Both the position numbers and the translations under genes were made by a program. The notes under the pieces are model-generated. The model was given only the letters and a program-made list of their open reading frames with translations, was not told where the DNA came from and ran no database searches. 64,000 bases of DNA from Patescibacteria group bacterium (GTDB lineage: Bacteria > Patescibacteriota > Minisyncoccia > Portnoybacterales > UBA2143), in assembly GCA_018830295.1 (NCBI GenBank), contig JAHJSM010000001.1, forward strand, positions 386,203-450,202, given 5' to 3'. Of the stretch, positions 58,608 through 64,000 are shown in pieces (the first letter of the stretch is position 1; the number at the start of each line of letters is the position of its first letter).

Positions 58608-60250
58608 TGATAAAACGATTTTTTAATAATCAATCAAAGACGATTTTTTCGGCCGCTGTTGTTTTAGGAGCGGCTTCTTTTGTAAGTCGTTTTTTGGGTT
58701 TGATTCGTGATAAAATTTTGGCAGGAATGTTTGGCGCGGGCGGAGAGTTGGATGCGTATTACGCCGCTTTTCGCATTCCGGATTTAATTTATTCTTTGCT
58801 TGTTTTAGGCGCCGTTTCGGCTGGCTTTATTCCTGTCTTTGTTAATTATCTCAACCAAGATAAAAAAACGCAAGATACGAATCATTGGCATTTAGCCAAT
58901 AGCGTTCTTAATTTAATGGCCTTGTCTTTAATGGCGGCGTGTTTTCTTTTGGCGATTTTCGCTCCTTGGATAATGAAATTAGTCGCGCCTGGTTTTTCCG
59001 CGGAGCAGTTGTCGCTTGCTTCCCAATTAACCAGAATTATGTTTTTAAGCCCTTTCTTTATGGGTTTGTCCGCGATTTTTGGAGGCATTTTGCAAAGTTT
59101 TCGTCGATTTCTCGCTTACGCGATGGCGCCGATCGCGTATAATTTAGGCATTATTTTTGGCGCTTTGGTTTTGACAAATTATTTTGGTCTTTTAGGTTTG
59201 GCTTATGGCGTGGCGCTTGGCTCTTTTTTTCATTTGGCGATTCAAATTCCGACTGCTTTTCTCTGCGGATTTAGGTGGCGTCCAGTTTTTGACTTCAGGT
59301 TTGACGGCGTCAGAAGGATTTTCAAATTAATGCCCGCGCGGGTCTTGAGTTTAGGGCTTTCCCAGATTACGATTTGGATTATGACTGCTTTTGCTTCTCT
59401 TCTGACGGTTGGGAGCATCGCGATTTATAGTTTGACTTTGAATATTTGGAGTTTTCCTTTGGGTGTCTTTGGCGTTTCTTTCGTTGTGGCGGCTTTTCCC
59501 AAACTTTCCGAAACGGCGCAGAAAAATGATTTGGAAGGATTTATTAAAACATTCTATTCCGCCGTCCGCCAAATACTTTTCTTTATTCTTCCATCGTCTG
59601 CTTTGTTTATTGTTTTGCGAACGCATCTCGTTAGTATCATTCTCCAAGGCGGTCGATTCGGTCCACAAGAAACGGCTTTAGCCGCGGAAACACTAGCGTA
59701 TTTTTCAATCGCTTTATTCGCCGAAGCGTTGGTTCTTCTTTTCTTGCGATGCTATTTCGCTTGGGAAGATTCCAAAACGCCATTTTTAATCGGCTTCGCG
59801 GCAATGGCGGCGCGGCTCTCGGCGGCTTGGGTTTTGTCCTATTCGCTGGGCGTGGCAGGTTTGGCGCTTGGCTATGCCATAGGAAGTATTTTTTATTTGA
59901 TTTTACTGGCGGTCTTTTTTAGGGCGAAACTTAGGAAAAAGTTTGGCGCGGGCGTTAATTTGAATGGAAAAGATGTTCTTATTTCAGGAATAAAAATGGT
60001 CTCAGCTTCTTTTCTCGCTGCTTTGGCGAGTTGGCTTTTTTTGCGGTCTTTCGGAGAAATTATTTGCCATAAGGGCGTTTTTGAAATATGCTGTCAGGGC
60101 GGAATGGCGGGCATAATCGGCGTTTTGTCGTATTTCTTTTTCGCTTGGGTCTTCCGATTAAGCGAACTGGATTTATTTGTCAAAGCATTATCGCGCCGCC
60201 TGCCTTGGAAGAAAATATCATGGTTCGGAATTGGAAGCGGGAGGGAGTAA
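58604..60250 (+). CDS. murJ: lipid II flippase MurJ (MviN family)
   Basis: MurJ N-terminal signature (…LGLIRDKILAGMFGAGGELDAYYAAFRIPDLIYSLLVLGAVSAGFIPVF…) and ~14 TM helices. Confidence 0.85.
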   Translation: MMIKRFFNNQSKTIFSAAVVLGAASFVSRFLGLIRDKILAGMFGAGGELDAYYAAFRIPDLIYSLLVLGAVSAGFIPVFVNYLNQDKKTQDTNHWHLANSVLNLMALSLMAACFLLAIFAPWIMKLVAPGFSAEQLSLASQLTRIMFLSPFFMGLSAIFGGILQSFRRFLAYAMAPIAYNLGIIFGALVLTNYFGLLGLAYGVALGSFFHLAIQIPTAFLCGFRWRPVFDFRFDGVRRIFKLMPARVLSLGLSQITIWIMTAFASLLTVGSIAIYSLTLNIWSFPLGVFGVSFVVAAFPKLSETAQKNDLEGFIKTFYSAVRQILFFILPSSALFIVLRTHLVSIILQGGRFGPQETALAAETLAYFSIALFAEALVLLFLRCYFAWEDSKTPFLIGFAAMAARLSAAWVLSYSLGVAGLALGYAIGSIFYLILLAVFFRAKLRKKFGAGVNLNGKDVLISGIKMVSASFLAALASWLFLRSFGEIICHKGVFEICCQGGMAGIIGVLSYFFFAWVFRLSELDLFVKALSRRLPWKKISWFGIGSGRE

Positions 60251-60253
60251 AAT

Positions 60254-62080
60254 ATGATACCTCAATCACATATTCGGAATTTTTCTATTATCGCGCATAT
60301 TGACCACGGGAAGTCCACTTTGGCTGACCGTTTTTTGGAATTGACGGGGACGGTTGAGAAAAGAAAGATGCGGGAACAGGTTTTGGATATGATGGATTTG
60401 GAAAGAGAAAGGGGGATTACGATTAAACTTCAGCCGGCGCGGATGGAATACACATATAAGGGCGAGCGGTATCTTTTGAATTTGATTGATACGCCCGGGC
60501 ATGTTGATTTCGCTTACGAGGTTTCGCGGAGTTTGGCGGCGGTGGAGGGGACAATTCTATTAGTTGACGCGAGCCAAGGAGCGCAAGCGCAAACACTCGC
60601 CAATCTTAATTTGGCGCGCGGGCAGAATTTGATTATTATCCCCGTGGTTAATAAAATTGATTTAGGACACGCTAAAGTTGATGAAGCGATTAAAGAGATT
60701 AGCCAATTAACTGAAGTTGGCGAAGAAGATGTTATTAAAATTTCCGCTAAAAGCGGATTGAATGTGGAGCGGGTCTTGGAAGAGGTTATTAAAAAAATTC
60801 CCGCGCCAACGGGCGAATTTGAAAAACCTTTAAGGGCTTTGATTTTTGATTCCTCTTACGACACATACAAAGGCGTGATCGCATACATTAGAATCGTGGA
60901 TGGGGAAATTAAAAGGGGTGACAAAGTAGAGATGTTCGCTTCGGGAGTTCAAACGGAAGTTATTGAGGTTGGGGTTTTTAGGCCAATGCTCGTTAAGATA
61001 GAAACATTAAGAGCGGGCGAAACGGGATATGTTGCCACGGGCCTGAAAGAAATCGGGCAGTGCCGGGTGGGCGACACGATTATTTCGCCAAAAAGGGGAC
61101 AGTCCCCATTCAAAATGGGGACTGTCCCCGTTATTCTTCCTTTGCCCGGATACAAAGAGCCGAGTCCGCTCATTTTCGCCAGCTTTTATCCTGTGGACGC
61201 GAACGATTACGATCTTCTCAAAGACGGACTCGCTAAATTAAATTTAAGCGACGCTTCTCTGGTTTATGAATTAGAATCGTGCGAAGGATTGGGACGCGGC
61301 TTTCGTTGCGGATTTTTAGGGATGCTTCATTTAGAAATTGTTTCAGAGCGGCTTAAAAGGGAATACGATTTAGACTTGGTGACGACCTCGCCTTCGGTCA
61401 GTTACCGTATTTTGGATGATTCACAAAGAGGGTATCAAGTAATTTCTTCCGCTTCTGATTTTCCTGACGCGAGCAGGTTCGCGGAGACCCAAGAGCCGTG
61501 GATCAATTTGGAAATTATTACGCCCGTAAATTATTTGGGTCAAACAATGAAAATTTTGGAAAATTTAAGAGGTATTTATGGCGAGACCCAGTATTTAAGC
61601 AGTGAAAGAGTTTTAATTAAATATGAAGCTCCTTTGGGCGAAATTATTATTGATTTTTATGACAAACTTAAAAATGTAACGGCCGGTTACGCGTCCATGA
61701 GTTATGAATTATCGGATTATCGTCCAGCCGACTTAACGCGACTTGATATTTTAATCGCCGGAGAAAAAGCAGAGGCGTTTTCTCGGATTGTCCCGCGCGC
61801 GAAGGCGGACCAAGAAGGAAGGGCTTTGGTTAAGAAACTCAAAGAAGTTATTCCTTCTCAATTATTTACAATCGCTTTACAGGCGGCGATTGGCGGAAAG
61901 GTTATCGCTCGCGAAACGATTAGCGCTTTGCGAAAAGATGTGACGGGCTACCTTTATGGCGGCGACTATTCCCGTAAAAGAAAACTTTTGGAAAAACAAA
62001 AAAAGGGTAAAAAAAAGATGATGCAATCAGGGAGAGTCAATATTCCTTCAGATGTGTTTTTGAAGGTGTTGAAGAAGTAA
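60254..62080 (+). CDS. lepA: elongation factor 4 (LepA) with an in-frame palindromic-element insertion
   Basis: IRNFSIIAHIDHGKSTL and DTPGHVDF motifs, and the LepA C-terminal domain. The repeat at 61094-61128 is translated as …RGQSPFKMGTVPVILP…. Confidence 0.95.
   Translation: MIPQSHIRNFSIIAHIDHGKSTLADRFLELTGTVEKRKMREQVLDMMDLERERGITIKLQPARMEYTYKGERYLLNLIDTPGHVDFAYEVSRSLAAVEGTILLVDASQGAQAQTLANLNLARGQNLIIIPVVNKIDLGHAKVDEAIKEISQLTEVGEEDVIKISAKSGLNVERVLEEVIKKIPAPTGEFEKPLRALIFDSSYDTYKGVIAYIRIVDGEIKRGDKVEMFASGVQTEVIEVGVFRPMLVKIETLRAGETGYVATGLKEIGQCRVGDTIISPKRGQSPFKMGTVPVILPLPGYKEPSPLIFASFYPVDANDYDLLKDGLAKLNLSDASLVYELESCEGLGRGFRCGFLGMLHLEIVSERLKREYDLDLVTTSPSVSYRILDDSQRGYQVISSASDFPDASRFAETQEPWINLEIITPVNYLGQTMKILENLRGIYGETQYLSSERVLIKYEAPLGEIIIDFYDKLKNVTAGYASMSYELSDYRPADLTRLDILIAGEKAEAFSRIVPRAKADQEGRALVKKLKEVIPSQLFTIALQAAIGGKVIARETISALRKDVTGYLYGGDYSRKRKLLEKQKKGKKKMMQSGRVNIPSDVFLKVLKK
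61094..61128. repeat. type A palindromic element inside lepA
   Basis: GGGGACAGTCCCCATTCAAAATGGGGACTGTCCCC. Confidence 0.85.
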
Positions 62081-62227
62081 AAAATTACAGGTATGATTAA
62101 AACATCGGCGCGAGGAGGAAAGAGGACATGCTCAAAATAACGAGCGCGGCAAGAACAATCCAAGACCAGCGAAAAAGTTTGTTTTTAGTTGATAGTTTCA
62201 TATTTTTATAATAAACCAAAACGACAA

Positions 62228-62644
62228 ATGATTCAACAATCTCGCGACGAGAATATTATTAAAAAGGTTTTGGGTTCAAAGATTTTCCTCTTCTTAGCTG
62301 TTTTGGCTTTGATTTATTTAGTGATTAATTTAGGCAGAGAAAGTTATCGCAAGCATCAATTAACGAAAGAAGTTGATAATTTAAAATTAGAGATTGAACG
62401 GTTAGAGGGAAGCAATCAGCAATTGGCGAATTTGATGGACTATTTTAAAGAAGAGTCGTTTATAGAAAAAGAAGCTCGTCTTAAACTTAATCTGAAAAAA
62501 CCAGGCGAAAAGGTTGTTATTTTATCCGACTATTTTAACACAAGTTCTAATCTTGACGCTTTATCTAATGGCAGCCATAATACGGAGACGACAGAAGAAG
62601 AGTCGTCTAATTATTGGAAATGGTGGGAGTATTTTTTCCAGTAG
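62228..62644 (+). CDS. FtsB/DivIC-like septum formation initiator
   Basis: Short cytoplasmic N-terminus, one TM, then a coiled coil (…LTKEVDNLKLEIERLEGSNQQLANLMDYFKEESFIEKEARLKLNL…). Confidence 0.55.
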   Translation: MIQQSRDENIIKKVLGSKIFLFLAVLALIYLVINLGRESYRKHQLTKEVDNLKLEIERLEGSNQQLANLMDYFKEESFIEKEARLKLNLKKPGEKVVILSDYFNTSSNLDALSNGSHNTETTEEESSNYWKWWEYFFQ

Positions 62645-62651
62645 AATAATT

Positions 62652-62722
62652 GCGGATGTAGCTCAATGGCAGAGCGTCTGCTTCCCAAGCAGATGACGAG
62701 GGTTCGATTCCCTTCACCCGCT
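62652..62722 (+). tRNA. tRNA-Gly (CCC)
   Basis: Acceptor GCGGAUG/CACCCGC with one A·C mismatch, D-arm GCUCAAUGGCAGAGC, anticodon loop UUCCCAA, T-arm GAGGGUUCGAUUCCCUU. Confidence 0.85.
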
Positions 62723-62728
62723 CACGAA

Positions 62729-62800
62729 GCCGAGGTAGCTCAAGGGTAGAGCAACGCACTCGTAACGCGTAGGTTGTGGGTTCGATTCCCACCCTCGGCT
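62729..62800 (+). tRNA. tRNA-Thr (CGU)
   Basis: Acceptor GCCGAGG/CCUCGGC, D-arm GCUCAAGGGUAGAGC, anticodon loop CUCGUAA, T-arm GUGGGUUCGAUUCCCAC. Confidence 0.85.
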
Positions 62801-62817
62801 CACGAATTAGCAATTTA

Positions 62818-62846
62818 GGGACAGTCCCCAAGAGGGGACTGTCCCC
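62818..62846. repeat. type A palindromic element
   Basis: GGGACAGTCCCCAAGAGGGGACTGTCCCC. Confidence 0.9.
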
Positions 62847-62874
62847 AGAGTCGGAAATGTGTTAGAATACGCTA

Positions 62875-63624
62875 ATGAGTGAATTAGAGGAAAAATCAAC
62901 GGGATATGACGGGCGAAGGGCAGTTTTGTCTATTTACGCGGGCGCGGGAGGAGCCGACGCGCAGGATTGGACAGAAATGCTTTTTCAAATGTATTTGAAG
63001 TTCGCCAAAAAGAAAAACTGGCCCGTTCGCATTCTTCAAATTAAAGAAGGAAAGGAAGCGGGATTTAAAAACGCGACATTCGTGGTTGAAGTCGCAAGCA
63101 CTTATGGATATCTTAAGGGAGAAATGGGCGTTCATCGGCTAGTTCGTCTTTCTCCTTTTAACGCCAATCATCTTCGCCACACTTCTTTCGCTTTGGTTGA
63201 GGTTTTGCCCGAAATGGACGAACTTAAAGAAATTACTATCAGACCAGAGGATTTAAGAGTAGAGACATATAAAGCGGGAGGTCCGGGCGGGCAATATGTC
63301 AATAAAACAGAGTCGGCCGTTCGGATCACGCATCTTCCGACAGGGATTGTTGTTGGCTGCCAGAACGAAAGATTGCAAGGCGATAACAAGAAGCAGGCGA
63401 TGAAATGGCTTTATGGCAAACTTCATATTCATTTATTAAAGAATAAACAAAAAGAATTAAATTTGTTAAGAGGCCAGCCAACGGATATTGAATGGGGCAA
63501 TCAAATTCGTTCTTATGTTTTACATCCTTACCAAATGGTCAAAGACCATAGAACGGGAGTAAAGGTTGGAGACGCCGAAAGGGTCTTGGACGGGAAGTTG
63601 GATAAGTTCATAAAAGTAAAATGA
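62875..63624 (+). CDS. prfB: peptide chain release factor 2-like, short form (249 aa, domain 1 absent)
   Basis: SPF tripeptide (RLSPFNANHLRHTSFA) and GGQ (GGPGGQYVNKTESAVRITH). No upstream in-frame segment and no frameshift site. Confidence 0.8.
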   Translation: MSELEEKSTGYDGRRAVLSIYAGAGGADAQDWTEMLFQMYLKFAKKKNWPVRILQIKEGKEAGFKNATFVVEVASTYGYLKGEMGVHRLVRLSPFNANHLRHTSFALVEVLPEMDELKEITIRPEDLRVETYKAGGPGGQYVNKTESAVRITHLPTGIVVGCQNERLQGDNKKQAMKWLYGKLHIHLLKNKQKELNLLRGQPTDIEWGNQIRSYVLHPYQMVKDHRTGVKVGDAERVLDGKLDKFIKVK

Positions 63625-64000
63625 TAAAATTTGAAAATGTTTCAAAAATATATCCACCGGATTGCAGGGCGATAGATAATGTTAGTTTGGAAATAAAAGA
63701 TAAAGAGTTTGTTTCTATCGCGGGGCGTTCGGGGGCGGGAAAGTCCACTTTAATTAAACTTTTAATTCGCGAAGAAGTTCCGACTCGCGGGAAAATCCTT
63801 TGGCGCGGTTTTGATTTAAGCGAAATCGCCGAGAAAGAAATGCCTCTTTGGCGGCGGAAGATTGGAATGGTTTTTCAGGACTTTAAACTTTTGCCGGAAA
63901 AGACGGCTTACGAAAATATCGCTTTCGCGATGGAAGTGGGGGGGAGAGACGACGAAGATATTGAACGGGACATTCCTAAACTTCTAAAATTGGTCAATTT
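63621..64000 (+). CDS. ftsE: cell-division ABC ATPase FtsE, N-terminal part; 3' end lies outside the window
   Basis: Walker A GRSGAGKST. Its ATG overlaps the prfB TGA (ATGA). The ORF is open to the window end. Confidence 0.85.
   Translation, partial: MIKFENVSKIYPPDCRAIDNVSLEIKDKEFVSIAGRSGAGKSTLIKLLIREEVPTRGKILWRGFDLSEIAEKEMPLWRRKIGMVFQDFKLLPEKTAYENIAFAMEVGGRDDEDIERDIPKLLKLVN

Noticed and set aside
62875-63624. Programmed +1 frameshift in prfB
   Set aside because: There is no upstream in-frame ORF segment and no CUU UGA site. The gene simply starts downstream of the tRNAs and lacks domain 1.

Overview
The window has the hallmarks of a compact, AT-rich bacterial genome of the Candidate Phyla Radiation/Patescibacteria kind. 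This is an inference from content: the ribosomal-protein operon lacks L30 and rpsM-rplQ, two housekeeping genes carry inteins, and several proteins are shorter than their usual homologues. Gene content in order:
- 1-14405: str/S10/spc-type ribosomal operon from fusA through tuf, rpsJ to rplO, secY, adk and map. A HicB/HicA toxin-antitoxin pair sits between secY and adk.
- 14406-15475: a repeat-flanked single-gene cassette with a consensus promoter and terminator, where infA-rpoA-rplQ would normally be.
- 15482-25735: thrS (minus), dnaE (minus, with a LAGLIDADG intein), ligA, gatC and gatA.
- 26279-26789: three minus-strand tRNAs (Asp, a Met-like CAU, and an initiator fMet gene interrupted by a putative 235-nt group I intron).
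- 27285-34749: pheS, pheT, gyrB (with an HNH intein), then secE-nusG-rplK.
- 34834-39206: a thymidylate/one-carbon island (dCMP deaminase, divergent ThyA-like protein, Cys-rich small ORF, Dcd-like protein, glyA, folD).
- 39211-49852: gatB, miaA and miaB-like (minus), a GT2, galT-like, dedA, tpiA, pgk, recJ-like, rnhA, and the RNase P RNA.
- 50025-56053: a polysaccharide cluster (sugar transferase, GT4, a foreign-looking GH-like gene inserted with a 63-bp direct duplication, and a GT4-GT4 fusion).
- 56145-64000: a large membrane protein, murJ, lepA, ftsB-like, tRNA-Gly, tRNA-Thr, a short RF2 and the start of ftsE.
The most distinctive signal is a family of GC-rich palindromic mini-elements (GGGGACAGTCCCC paired with GGGGACTGTCCCC, and GGGGGCTGCCCCC paired with GGGGGCAGCCCCC). 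Copies lie throughout intergenic DNA and also in-frame inside essential genes (thrS, pheT, lepA, gatA, the GT fusion, folD), where they are translated as GTVP or GAAP peptide inserts. A second palindrome, AAAGGTCAGACCTTT, recurs in four places.
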